DNA of 64,000 bases from Bacteroidales bacterium (GCA_045627865.1 JAZQOK010000004.1:6663-70662), one strand, 5' to 3'; positions 10,100 to 19,374 are shown, counted from the first letter of the stretch. The notes: generated from the letters alone by a model not told the origin. A program made the numbers and translations.

Positions 10100-13000
10100 G
10101 TGATAGATAGAATAATATATTTTTCGTTGCACAATAGGGTAGCGGTGCTTGTAGGCGCCCTGCTCGTCATTCTGGGTGGCTTGTTTGCAGTCCAGAAGAT
10201 GGATATTGATGTCTTCCCGGACTTGACGGCACCCACAGTGGTGGTTATGACCGATTGCCGTGGTATGGCATCGGAGGAGGTGGAGCGTCTCGTGACCTTC
10301 CCGATCGAGACCGCTTTGAATGGTGCAACCAATGTGCGTCGCGTCAGAAGTGCCTCGAACTTCGGTAACTCTTTCGTTTGGGCAGAATTCGACTGGGGTA
10401 TGGATGTGTTCCGTGCCCGTCAGATCGTGAGTGAGAAGATGGTCACATTGGCTGAATCCTTGCCCGAAGGAATCACTCCGCAGCTAGCCCCACAGTCGAG
10501 TGTGATGGGAGAGATTCTTTTTGTCGGATTGCGCCTTTCAACCGGTAATGATACGCTTCGCAATGATAACCACGGAACCTCGATGATGGATCTTCGTTCT
10601 TTGGCCGACTGGGTCATTAAACCAGCTATCCTTTCAACGGGCGGAGTGAGTCAGGTGACCGTAATAGGTGGTGATTACAAACAATATCAGGTATTGGCAG
10701 ATCCGTTGCGAATGAAGGCCTACGGCGTTACGATGGATGTGCTGGAACAGGTTGTCCGAACCATGAGCCAGAATTGCGAAGGTGGCGTGATCCGCGACTT
10801 CGGCAATGAATATGCCCTGCGAGGCATTGGCCGTACCAACGATTTGGAGGAACTCCGAAACACTCCGATAGTAAACCTTAACCCTAACGATAACCCTAAC
10901 CTTAACAAATCGGTGTCCATTGTGCTATCGGATATTGCCGATGTGGTAATAGCTCCTGCTGTCAAGATGGGAACTGCCTCGATGGATGGTCAGCCAGCGG
11001 TTATCCTCTCTGTCAGCAAACAGCCGAACATCAACACGTTGGAGGTGACCCGTAAGATTGAGGAGAATCTGAACGAGATTCGTAAGTCGTTGCCAGAGGA
11101 TGTCGAACTCAATACACATGTATTCCGTCAGGCAGACTTTATCGAGGCTTCGGTTAATAACGTCGGACATTCACTCATCGAGGGTGCTATTCTTTGCATT
11201 ATTATATTGTTCCTTTTCTTGGGTTCTATCCGTACTACAATCATTTCGGTGCTTGCTATTCCGCTTTCATTGCTGGCAACTCTGATTGTGCTCTGGGCTT
11301 TGGATATGGAAATTAACACCATGACTCTGGGCGGTATGTGTATTGCCATTGGAAGTTTGGTAGATGATGCAATCATTGATGTCGAGAATGTCTATAAGCG
11401 GCTCCATAACGGCGGTTATTCGCATAACGAAAGCTACGTTGATGTCATCTTTAACGCCTCGAAAGAGATCCGTTCCAGCATCATGAATGCTACCCTGATT
11501 GTTATTGTCGCCTTTACTCCGATGTTCTTCCTGTCGGGCATGGAGGGCAGAATGCTCAAACCTCTGGGCATTACCTATATCATTGCTCTGGCGATGTCGC
11601 TCATTGTAGCGATGACGATTACTCCATTGCTTTGCCGACAGTTGTTGGTAAACAAGCGAGGTGAAGACGAAAATAACAGCTATGGTGAAAGGGTATTTGT
11701 CCATCGCATGAAGTCAGTTTACGAGCAATCGCTTCGTTGGGTATTGGATCATCCTCGTGGTGTATTGGGATCTACCATTGCGATGTTTGTCGTTTCAATC
11801 TTTGTTCTCTGTACGTTTGGCAGCAGCTTCCTGCCAGCCTTCAATGAAGGAGCATTGACAATCTCAGCTGTCTGCAAACCGGGTGTTTCGCTCGAAGAAA
11901 GTGATCATATCGGTCGATTGCTCGAGCAACGAATCCACGAGGTGGCGGAGGTGACCAGTACAAGCCGACGAACCGGCCGTGGCGAATTGGACGAGCACTC
12001 CCAAACTACCAATTCGTGCGAGATTGATGTTACTTTCGATGGTTCAGAAACCGGCCGTTCGGCAGAGGAGATTACACAGGATATCCGTCACGAGATGTCG
12101 CACGTTCCAGGTGTGGCTACTATCGTGGGTCAACCTTTGGGACATCGCATCGACCACATGATCAGTGGTACACGCGCATCGATTGCCATCAAACTGTTCG
12201 GTACAGACTTGAACGAGATGTATGCAACAGGTATGAAGATTAAACAGGCAATTGGAGAGATCGACGGATTGGTAGATGTGAATGTCGATCAGCAGGTTGA
12301 GACCCCACAATTGCACCTCCGTCCAAACCGTTTGGCTATGGCCCGTTATGGCATCTCTATGGAGAGTTTCAATCAGCTGGTGATTATGGGCTTCAGTGGC
12401 GAGAAGATTGGCGATATCTACGAAGGCCAGCGCTGTTATGATCTGGTGCTGCGTCTTGCCCCACAATACACAGGTAGTATCGAGGGTGTGCGCCAGGCGT
12501 TGATTGATACGGGCGATGGAGAGAAGGTTCCTCTGCAGGAGGTATGCGAGATTGTCTCGACCTCTGGCCCAAACAATATCTCGCGAGAGAATGTACAACG
12601 CAAACTTGTTATTGCGGCCAATGTGAGTGGACGAGATGTGGTCAGCGTGGTCGAAGATATTCAGCGTACCATCGATGCCGAGATTCATCTGCCCGAAGGT
12701 TATCGTTTGGAATATGGCGGACAGTTTGAAAGTTCTCGTAGTGCCACTCGTACATTGATTGTGGCTACGTTGCTGGCCCTCTGTATCATCTATCTGTTGC
12801 TTTATGCCGAGTTCAAGAGTTTTGCCCTCTCTGGCATCGTGATGTTAGGTTTGCCTTTGGCCCTGATTGGTGGTGTGCTGGCAATTGCTCTCTCTTCGTG
12901 GGTAATGAGTATTCCGAGCATCATTGGATTTATCACTCTGTTTGGCATTGCTACACGTAATGGAATCCTGCTCATCAGCCGTTATCGCCAAGGAGACATC

Positions 13001-13231
13001 ATAGCCGGTAGTATCGATCGTCTCAATCCTATTCTGATGACTGCTTTGACCTCTGCCCTGGCGCTGATTCCAATGATACTGGCCAGCGACAAGGCCGGCA
13101 ATGAGATCCAGTCGCCTATGGCTGTGGTCGTGCTGGGTGGTTTGATCTCTTCTACATTGTTGAATCTTTATGTAATGCCGATTATCTATGAAATATATCG
13201 CAAGCATACTACTCCTGCTGTTGCTGACTAA
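10100..13231 (+). CDS. CzcA/CusA-family heavy-metal efflux RND transporter
   Basis: 1043 aa with a GTG start. The N-terminus is typical (MIDRIIYFSLHNRVAVLVGALLVILGG), the protein has a 12-TM architecture, and it contains the GSLVDDAIIDVEN motif. Confidence 0.9.
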   Translation: MIDRIIYFSLHNRVAVLVGALLVILGGLFAVQKMDIDVFPDLTAPTVVVMTDCRGMASEEVERLVTFPIETALNGATNVRRVRSASNFGNSFVWAEFDWGMDVFRARQIVSEKMVTLAESLPEGITPQLAPQSSVMGEILFVGLRLSTGNDTLRNDNHGTSMMDLRSLADWVIKPAILSTGGVSQVTVIGGDYKQYQVLADPLRMKAYGVTMDVLEQVVRTMSQNCEGGVIRDFGNEYALRGIGRTNDLEELRNTPIVNLNPNDNPNLNKSVSIVLSDIADVVIAPAVKMGTASMDGQPAVILSVSKQPNINTLEVTRKIEENLNEIRKSLPEDVELNTHVFRQADFIEASVNNVGHSLIEGAILCIIILFLFLGSIRTTIISVLAIPLSLLATLIVLWALDMEINTMTLGGMCIAIGSLVDDAIIDVENVYKRLHNGGYSHNESYVDVIFNASKEIRSSIMNATLIVIVAFTPMFFLSGMEGRMLKPLGITYIIALAMSLIVAMTITPLLCRQLLVNKRGEDENNSYGERVFVHRMKSVYEQSLRWVLDHPRGVLGSTIAMFVVSIFVLCTFGSSFLPAFNEGALTISAVCKPGVSLEESDHIGRLLEQRIHEVAEVTSTSRRTGRGELDEHSQTTNSCEIDVTFDGSETGRSAEEITQDIRHEMSHVPGVATIVGQPLGHRIDHMISGTRASIAIKLFGTDLNEMYATGMKIKQAIGEIDGLVDVNVDQQVETPQLHLRPNRLAMARYGISMESFNQLVIMGFSGEKIGDIYEGQRCYDLVLRLAPQYTGSIEGVRQALIDTGDGEKVPLQEVCEIVSTSGPNNISRENVQRKLVIAANVSGRDVVSVVEDIQRTIDAEIHLPEGYRLEYGGQFESSRSATRTLIVATLLALCIIYLLLYAEFKSFALSGIVMLGLPLALIGGVLAIALSSWVMSIPSIIGFITLFGIATRNGILLISRYRQGDIIAGSIDRLNPILMTALTSALALIPMILASDKAGNEIQSPMAVVVLGGLISSTLLNLYVMPIIYEIYRKHTTPAVAD

Positions 13232-14351
13232 CGGCACACAGGCACAGGATTTCTCTGCTATCCTGCAAAGCATCGAGGCGAAGAGTACCCGCCTTGAGGT
13301 GGCTCGTGTCGAAGCCGAGGCACAGAAAACCGAGAGCCGGGAAATTTCTGCTCTGGCCGATCCGGAAGTGGGCTTTAACTACCTCTTCGGTCGGGATGGT
13401 ATAGGCAATCGCTGGGACCTGAATGTATCGCAGTCTATCGACTTCCCTTCTGTTATAGCTCATAAGCGTAAGTTGGTTCGCGAACTGCAGCGTGTTAGTG
13501 ATCTGCAGTACCTCTCAACCCGACAGCAGATTCTTCTGGCTGCGCGTAAACTCTGTATCGAGGTGGTCTATTGCAATGCTATGATGGAACACCTGAACGA
13601 AGATCTTGAGGAGACTCAGGCTATGTCGGAGGCTTACGAAAAACTTTTCGAGAAGGGTGAGGCTACTATCATTGATCGAAATAAGGCCCACCAGGCAGTC
13701 CTGCTCTTTCATGCCGAGTACAATGAGTTTCTGGCGATGAAGGAGAACCTGTTGTCGGAACTGAAGTGTCTGAATGGCGGAGAAGTTGTGCAGATTGATG
13801 ACTCTGTTTTTGTACATAATCCATTGTCTCCTGATTTCGATCAGTGGCTATCGGAGCATCTCGAACAGCATCCGGATATGATGTTGGCTCAAGGCGAAAA
13901 GGAGGCAAGTGAACAGAGTTTGAAGATGGAACGTAGCAAGTGGGCCCCAGCTTTGCGCGTCGGATACATGGGCGAGTTTGCACGTGACGAGAAGTATCAG
14001 GGTCCATCGGTGGGTATCTCGTTACCTTTGTGGCGCAATAGCCGTAGCGTAAAGGCGGCCCGTTTGCATCTGTCGGCCGCCGAGACGGCTGTAGCAGATA
14101 CCCGAATGCATCTTGAGACACAACTTCAGAATGTTTATAGGGAAGCCCTCCATTTGCAGGAAACCTATCAGCAATTCCACAAACATCTGACGCATTGCGA
14201 TAATACCGCACTTTTGCAGAAAAGCCTTGAGGCTGGGCAGATTACATTGTTAACCTACCTGCAGGAACTCCAGTATGTGCATGAGATGCATGAGAAGCTG
14301 ATGGAGACAGAAAGGGATCTTGAGCTCCGCAAGGCAGAACTGATGTTCTGA
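13188..14351 (+). CDS. TolC-family outer-membrane efflux protein
   Basis: 387 aa with a signal peptide (MKYIASILLLLLLTNGTQA) and an alpha-helical repeat composition. It overlaps the 3' end of the pump gene by 44 nt. Confidence 0.75.
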   Translation: MKYIASILLLLLLTNGTQAQDFSAILQSIEAKSTRLEVARVEAEAQKTESREISALADPEVGFNYLFGRDGIGNRWDLNVSQSIDFPSVIAHKRKLVRELQRVSDLQYLSTRQQILLAARKLCIEVVYCNAMMEHLNEDLEETQAMSEAYEKLFEKGEATIIDRNKAHQAVLLFHAEYNEFLAMKENLLSELKCLNGGEVVQIDDSVFVHNPLSPDFDQWLSEHLEQHPDMMLAQGEKEASEQSLKMERSKWAPALRVGYMGEFARDEKYQGPSVGISLPLWRNSRSVKAARLHLSAAETAVADTRMHLETQLQNVYREALHLQETYQQFHKHLTHCDNTALLQKSLEAGQITLLTYLQELQYVHEMHEKLMETERDLELRKAELMF

Positions 14352-14500
14352 TGCATTTCTGATCCTGAAAATGTGCAAAAACGTGTTGGAAATCGTTGAA
14401 ATAGAGCAATATTTTGACGAATAACGTTTAAATGTAAACGAAAACTATTGTTTTTTGCATTTTTTTAGGAAAAAAATTTGGAAATGTTATCAAAACCTTA

Positions 14501-14508
14501 TATCTTTG
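14501..14508 (+). promoter_or_regulatory. Bacteroidota -7 promoter box (TAnnTTTG)
   Basis: TATCTTTG lies about 50 nt upstream of the micro-ORF ATG at 14560. Confidence 0.45.
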
Positions 14509-14559
14509 CGGCGGAAAAACAAACAATTTTACCACTGCTATTATAAACCAAATTATTCT

Positions 14560-14640
14560 ATGAAAGAACATTTGATTCTATGGGCCGCTTTTTTGGTAAC
14601 CTTACCAATCATGGCTATTACCATGGTACTTAAAGGTTAA
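14560..14640 (+). CDS. Candidate 26-aa hydrophobic micro-protein
   Basis: Sequence MKEHLILWAAFLVTLPIMAITMVLKG, with one predicted TM helix. It has its own -7 box upstream and a hairpin terminator downstream. No homology can be judged. Confidence 0.3.
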   Translation: MKEHLILWAAFLVTLPIMAITMVLKG

Positions 14641-14699
14641 CCAACCAAAAACACTCTTTGTTCGATTTGAACAATCTTTTGGGATTAGAAAAAAGCTAG

Positions 14700-14739
14700 C
14701 AAATCCGTCTTTCCAGGTGAAAGGCGGATTTGTCTTTTT
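14700..14739. terminator. Bidirectional intrinsic terminator
   Basis: 14-bp stem CAAATCCGTCTTTC / GAAAGGCGGATTTG with one G-U pair and a 5-nt loop. It is followed by TCTTTTT on the plus strand and by a T-run (revcomp of GAAAAAAGCTAG) on the minus strand. It sits between the convergent micro-ORF and GH43 genes. Confidence 0.7.
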
Positions 14740-14758
14740 GTTGGCTAATGGCTAGTGG

Positions 14759-15754
14759 CTATAGGCTATTGGCCGATGGTCCGTGTGCTGGAACTGTGTT
14801 GTTTTTGACTTTTGTGCTGTCGATGGTTGGAATAACCTTGCGGATTGAGCCATCAGGATTGTAGAAGAGAGAATCAACACAGACGTTGCGACGTACTCCG
14901 CAGTGGAAGTTCGGAGCTTTGTAGCGACTGATGTCGGCAGTGTGGTAGAAGAGATAATCCTGTCCCTTATAATTGACGATGGAATGGTGGTTCGTGCCAC
15001 TATTGACTGGATCTAGAATGACACCCTGGTAGGTGTAAGGACCCAGTGGCGAGTTCGAAGTGCAGTAGGAGATTCGAGGCTCATGGCCAAAGAAAGGTCC
15101 GTCGGAGTAAGACATATAGTAGGTGTCGCTGCGTTTGTGTACCCAGATGGCCTCGAAAAACTCTTTGACACCCTCGATGATGTAGACACCATGATTTCCA
15201 CCCGAATGGTCGTATGAGATCATGTCATCGTTCAACTTGACAGCACAGACGGTGTTTTGCCCCATGAATAGATAGGCTTGTCCATCGGTGTCGATGAAGA
15301 CGCAAGGATCGATGAAGTCTCGGTCACAGATCACACCTGGGGTGTCGATGCTGATCAGCGGATGTCCCAATGGGTCCTGGAAGGGACCATGAGGCGTATC
15401 GCTGACAGCTACACCAATGTGTTTCTTGTCGGTGGGGTAGTAGAGATAGTATTTCCCGTTGTGTTTGATGCAATCAGGCGCCCAAGCCTCTTTCTTGGCC
15501 CAGGTGGTCTGTGTCGTTGGATTGAAGATGACTCCCCAATCCTTCCACTCTTTCATATCGGTGGTTGAATAGACGTGGTAATCCTCCATCGAGAACTTGG
15601 CAGCATCGTCCTTGTCGTGGCTCGGATAGACCCACAACGTATCACCGAATACGTGTGCCGAAGGATCGGCCGAATACATGTGCGTGATGATGGGATTCTG
15701 TGCGGCAAGCGTGTTGGCAAGGAATGCCATTGTGAGTAATACTATTTGTTTCAT
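14759..15754 (-). CDS. Glycoside hydrolase family 43 (beta-xylosidase/alpha-L-arabinofuranosidase type)
   Basis: Start placed at ATG 15754 (MKQIVLLTMAFLANTLAAQNP, a signal peptide). GH43-like N-terminus NPIITHMYSADPSAHVFGDTLWVYPSHD. Confidence 0.8.
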   Translation of the reverse strand: MKQIVLLTMAFLANTLAAQNPIITHMYSADPSAHVFGDTLWVYPSHDKDDAAKFSMEDYHVYSTTDMKEWKDWGVIFNPTTQTTWAKKEAWAPDCIKHNGKYYLYYPTDKKHIGVAVSDTPHGPFQDPLGHPLISIDTPGVICDRDFIDPCVFIDTDGQAYLFMGQNTVCAVKLNDDMISYDHSGGNHGVYIIEGVKEFFEAIWVHKRSDTYYMSYSDGPFFGHEPRISYCTSNSPLGPYTYQGVILDPVNSGTNHHSIVNYKGQDYLFYHTADISRYKAPNFHCGVRRNVCVDSLFYNPDGSIRKVIPTIDSTKVKNNTVPAHGPSANSL

Positions 15755-15784
15755 GTTCTGTGCAAATGTGATTTGAATCGGATG

Positions 15785-15792
15785 CAAAGATA
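15785..15792 (-). promoter_or_regulatory. Bacteroidota -7 promoter box (TAnnTTTG) for GH43
   Basis: The reverse complement reads TATCTTTG, about 30 nt upstream of ATG 15754. Confidence 0.5.
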
Positions 15793-15834
15793 AAGTTTTT
15801 TTGCGAGATATTTGGTTATTCAATCGAAAAAATG

Positions 15835-15842
15835 TACCTTTG
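15835..15842 (+). promoter_or_regulatory. Bacteroidota -7 promoter box (TAnnTTTG)
   Basis: TACCTTTG. It lies inside the ORF-track version of the next ORF, which argues for a downstream start. Confidence 0.4.
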
Positions 15843-15874
15843 CAGAAAATAAATCATTTCAAAACCTGTTTTCA

Positions 15875-16123
15875 TTGGCAATTACGAAAGAATCGATCGA
15901 GACAGCCTACTGTTTCCTGCATCAGAAAGAGCGTGTCTTTCGCTACTCCACTATGGATTGGCAGAAAGAGGACATTGAGTATGCTATTGCACAATATGTG
16001 GACAGCATGCCTCCCGAACTGTATGCACAGCTTGCTGCCGACCGTAAGGATTATCTGCTGGATCATGCCCGATTCTTCGACGACATGAACGATGCCCTCG
16101 AGCAGTTGGAACAGATGCTATAA
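15875..16123 (+). CDS. Small conserved hypothetical protein
   Basis: The ORF-track ORF is 15812-16123. The promoter box at 15835 suggests a TTG start at 15875 (LAITKESIETAYCFLHQKER...). There is no recognisable domain. Confidence 0.4.
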   Translation: MAITKESIETAYCFLHQKERVFRYSTMDWQKEDIEYAIAQYVDSMPPELYAQLAADRKDYLLDHARFFDDMNDALEQLEQML

Positions 16124-16130
16124 AACAAAA

Positions 16131-16161
16131 AGTTGCTCCCAATCGGAAGCAACTTTTTTTT
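16131..16161. terminator. Bidirectional intrinsic terminator
   Basis: Hairpin AGTTGCTCC-CAATC-GGAAGCAACT followed by T8. An A-run lies upstream, giving a T-run on the other strand. It sits between convergent genes. Confidence 0.65.
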
Positions 16162-17821
16162 ATTTCTTGTTGTCGTTCTCGCGAATCTCTACACGGCGAA
16201 TCTTGCCGGAGATGGTCTTGGGGAGTTCATCGACGAATTCGATGACGCGAGGATACTTGTAGGGAGCAGTTTCGCGCTTGACGTGATCCTGCAGCTCCTT
16301 GATGAGATCTTCGCCAGCCTTAGCCTTCCACTCAGCACCCAAGACGATGGTTGCCTTGACTACCTGTCCGCGAATTTCGTCAGGTACGCCGGTGATGGCA
16401 CACTCAACAACTGCAGGGTGACTCATGAGGGCAGACTCGACCTCGAATGGACCGATGCGGTAGCCCGATGACTTGATGACATCGTCGGCACGGCTGACGA
16501 ACCAGAAGTAACCCTGCTCGTCGTAGTTAACAACGTCGCCAGTATAATAGATGCCGTTGTTGTGAGCCTTCTGGGTAAGTTCAGGATTGCGGTAGTATTC
16601 CTTGAAGAGGCCCAATGGCTTGCCGTTAGGGGTGCGGATGATCAGCTGGCCGTTCTCGCCTGGAGCAACGCGGTTGCCCTCTGCATCCACAACATCGATG
16701 TCGAACTGAGGATTGCGAACACCCATGGAACCTGGATGTGGCTCTACCCAAGGATAGGTGCCAACCACGAGGGTGGTTTCGGTTTGTCCGAAGGATTCGT
16801 AGATCATGATGCCTGTCTTTTCTTTCCACTCAAGGAAGACGTTCGGGTTCAATGCCTCGCCTGCTGTGGTGCAGTACTCCAAGGCCGAAAGATCGTACTT
16901 GGAGAGATCTTCACGAATCATGAAACGATAGACGGTAGGTGGCGCACAGAACGAAGTGACCTTGAAGTCTGCCATAACCTGCAACATGTTCTCTGGGATG
17001 AAACGTCCCTCGAAGTCATAGACAAAGACGGTGGCTCCGGCAATCATCTGACCATAGAACTTGCCCCAAACGGCCTTGCCCCAACCGGTGTCGGCTACAG
17101 TGAGATGCAAACTGCCTTCGTGTACGTTGTGCCAGTATTTGCCGGTCAGGATGTGAGCGAGCGGATAGGTGTAATCGTGCATCACCATCTTGGGTTCGCC
17201 CGAGGTTCCCGAGGTGAAATACATCAGGAAGTTGTCGGTGGTTTCGTTCTGACCCTTCTGGCTGACGAAATCTGGAGCCATCATGGCACCCTGCCAATAG
17301 TTCTCCCAACCCTGCAGGACAACAGGACCGATTGAGATACAATGCTGCAACGAAGGACAGAAGGCACGGGCTGCGGTGATGTTGCGAAGTATCTGGTCAT
17401 CGCCTACGGCAACGATGGCCTTGATTTCGGCTTCGTGGCAGCGGTAGATGATATCTTTGTCGGTCAACAGGTGTGTGGCAGGAATGGCAACTGCGCCAAT
17501 CTTGTGGAGGGCAACCATGGTAATCCACCATTCCAGACGACGCTTCAAGATGAGCATGACGCAATCGCCGCGCTTGATGCCTAATGTCAGGAAATAGCTG
17601 GCAACCTGGTCGGAATAACGCTTGTAATCTGCATAATTGAGATGCTTGACCTCTCCCTGGTCATTGGTCCAAAGTATGGCCTCTTTGGTCGGATCGGATT
17701 CAGCATAGGAATCGACCACGTCGTAGCCAAAGTTGAAGTGCTCGGGAATAATGACTTGGTAATTCTTCATAAAGTCCTCGTAGTCGGAGAACTGTGTTTG
17801 TTTAAGGAAACGTTCAAGCAT
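16160..17821 (-). CDS. AMP-forming acyl-CoA synthetase (AMP-binding enzyme family)
   Basis: Start placed at ATG 17821 (MLERFLKQTQF...). AMP-binding motifs are present: YFTSGTSGEPK, YGQTE, GDVVNYDEQGYFWFVSRADDVIKSSGYRIGPFEVE and PKTISGKIRR. Confidence 0.85.
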   Translation of the reverse strand: MLERFLKQTQFSDYEDFMKNYQVIIPEHFNFGYDVVDSYAESDPTKEAILWTNDQGEVKHLNYADYKRYSDQVASYFLTLGIKRGDCVMLILKRRLEWWITMVALHKIGAVAIPATHLLTDKDIIYRCHEAEIKAIVAVGDDQILRNITAARAFCPSLQHCISIGPVVLQGWENYWQGAMMAPDFVSQKGQNETTDNFLMYFTSGTSGEPKMVMHDYTYPLAHILTGKYWHNVHEGSLHLTVADTGWGKAVWGKFYGQMIAGATVFVYDFEGRFIPENMLQVMADFKVTSFCAPPTVYRFMIREDLSKYDLSALEYCTTAGEALNPNVFLEWKEKTGIMIYESFGQTETTLVVGTYPWVEPHPGSMGVRNPQFDIDVVDAEGNRVAPGENGQLIIRTPNGKPLGLFKEYYRNPELTQKAHNNGIYYTGDVVNYDEQGYFWFVSRADDVIKSSGYRIGPFEVESALMSHPAVVECAITGVPDEIRGQVVKATIVLGAEWKAKAGEDLIKELQDHVKRETAPYKYPRVIEFVDELPKTISGKIRRVEIRENDNKK

Positions 17822-17865
17822 TGTCGTAATTGTATTAATTGTCCAACCTTTGTGGTTTGACGATG

Positions 17866-17873
17866 CAAATATA
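17866..17873 (-). promoter_or_regulatory. Bacteroidota -7 promoter box (TAnnTTTG) for the acyl-CoA synthetase
   Basis: The reverse complement reads TATATTTG, 45 nt upstream of ATG 17821. Confidence 0.45.
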
Positions 17874-18100
17874 CACATTATTATTATATATGCAAACACT
17901 CTATATTATGAACGGCTCCTTTTTATTTTTCTTTTTGATTTTTGGGAATGTGTTTTGAAGTACGATTCTAAGATTTTAACAAAAAATAAGATTTCGGCTC
18001 TTTTGAGATGCCTTTCTGTCTCTTTTTTCTGGTAAAAATGGCAAAAAGTATTAAAAGGATTAACAATTGTTGTCGTAGTTCCCTTTGGTTTTGTCGTTTT

Positions 18101-18278
18101 GTTGCTCCCGAAGTTTTCGGAACGAGCAAAATTTGCGTCGCGTTGCTCCCGAAGTTTTCGGAACGAACAAAACTCGCGTCGCGTTGCTCCCGAAGTTTTC
18201 GGAACGAGCAAAACTCGCGTCGCGTTGCTCCCGAAGTTTTCGGAACGAGCAAAACTCGTGTCGCGTTGCTCCCGAAGT
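18101..18278. repeat. 41-bp tandem repeat, 4 full copies plus a 14-nt partial copy; each unit contains a bulged hairpin
   Basis: The unit is GTTGCTCCCGAAGTTTTCGGAACGAGCAAAACTCGCGTCGC, with copies starting at 18101, 18142, 18183, 18224 and 18265 (partial). Copies differ by only 1-4 substitutions. Within each unit TTGCTC pairs with GAGCAA and CCGAA pairs with TTCGG. Confidence 0.95.
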
Positions 18279-18396
18279 GTGTGGAAGTGTAAGGTGTTTC
18301 TCGTCTTAATAATAAAAGTAAGTTATCAAATCCTCTATATTCGGGAATAATCAGTGCCTGCTTGGTGCCTCAGTTTTCTTATCTCCAAACTCAGTT

Positions 18397-19290
18397 TTAT
18401 AGGGAGAACCATATCATGCATTTGGCTATGAAGATCAAGACTAGCTGGTGTGTTAGGAAAATTTCAAAGGTATAATTGCCCAGAGAAACCATATAGGGAT
18501 GACAGAGGAGACGATTGATGAAAGGTGAGAAGGAATGATGATTGGCGATGACTAAACAGATAAAAGGCCAAAAGACCAATGCGTTGCATAACTGTGATGG
18601 CAAGTAGGGATAGGCACATAGAGAAGCTATGATGCCCAATAATCCAAGATAAGCAAGAAGAGTGGCGTGGAGTGGCTTAGACGATGATGGGTGTTGTTCC
18701 TGCTGCGGCCTGCTCCACAGAAAAAGGGCCATACCGAGAGCAAAATCGACAAGCCGGATTGGCGGGAAGACATAGAGCCAGGCGTTGACCTTGCCGGCAG
18801 GGACGACGGAAGCGACCCAAAGATAACAGGCCAGAAGCAAGAAAATACCGTATCGCGCTTTGACCAACCTATAAAGCCATGGCAAGGTCAGCCACGCCAG
18901 AAATAGCGCGGAGAGAAACCAGCCCACGGCATTTCCGCCGAAATAGAACTGCGGATCGGGAATCCAGCTTTGCACAAGAAACAGAGACGGCACAGCATGG
19001 AACAAATGATCAAGATTATGCATCAGCAACTCTGCAATAATCCAGGTTATGAAATAAAGAGGATAGGTGCGTTTGAGATTGTTAAGTAGGTAATCCCGAT
19101 GGCTGAAAGTAGCGTCCTCTAACTGCGAGTGCCGGCTCCTCATGGTGACATATCCACTTAACAAGAAGAAAAAAGCCACGCCACAATCTCCACCGGCATC
19201 GAATGAAGGGAAACCGATCACCGATAGGTGAGAGGCGACAATCAGTAGCATAAACAGCAATCGGAGAGACTGTATCTGAGGGATTTTCAT
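18397..19290 (-). CDS. Acyltransferase family 3 membrane protein (O-acyltransferase)
   Basis: 297 aa, polytopic. The N-terminus is typical: MKIPQIQSLRLLFMLLIVASHL...GVAFFFLLSGY. Confidence 0.75.
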   Translation of the reverse strand: MKIPQIQSLRLLFMLLIVASHLSVIGFPSFDAGGDCGVAFFFLLSGYVTMRSRHSQLEDATFSHRDYLLNNLKRTYPLYFITWIIAELLMHNLDHLFHAVPSLFLVQSWIPDPQFYFGGNAVGWFLSALFLAWLTLPWLYRLVKARYGIFLLLACYLWVASVVPAGKVNAWLYVFPPIRLVDFALGMALFLWSRPQQEQHPSSSKPLHATLLAYLGLLGIIASLCAYPYLPSQLCNALVFWPFICLVIANHHSFSPFINRLLCHPYMVSLGNYTFEIFLTHQLVLIFIAKCMIWFSL

Positions 19291-19318
19291 TAATAATTCG
19301 TTTGAATTTCAAACAATA

Positions 19319-19343
19319 CCCCAGAAACGCTTTGCTTCTGGGG
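19319..19343 (-). terminator. Hairpin terminator downstream of the antiporter gene
   Basis: CCCCAGAA-9 nt-TTCTGGGG is a perfect 8-bp stem. Flanking CAAACAATA/TATTGTTTG sequences extend it, and T-rich sequence follows on the minus strand. Confidence 0.5.
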
Positions 19344-19374
19344 TAGTTTGTATTGTTTGTTGTTTAGCCGGAGC

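Noticed and set aside
18101-18278. Possible CRISPR array
   Set aside because: The 41-bp units are contiguous and essentially identical over their full length, so there are no unique spacers between repeats. No cas genes or leader are present in the window. I treat it as a plain tandem repeat.
17906-18350. Five overlapping ORF-track ORFs (74-101 aa) on both strands with repetitive peptides (VAPEVFGTSK..., LREQRDA...)
   Set aside because: They are artefacts of translating the 41-bp tandem repeat. Because 41 is not divisible by 3, all frames stay open and cycle. There is no start context or coding signature.
19319-19343. Shared CCCCAGAA/TTCTGGGG stems at 19319-19343 and 58909-58944 as another repeat family
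   Set aside because: Only the 8-9 nt stem is shared. The loops and flanks are unrelated. Both are adequately explained as independent terminator hairpins.
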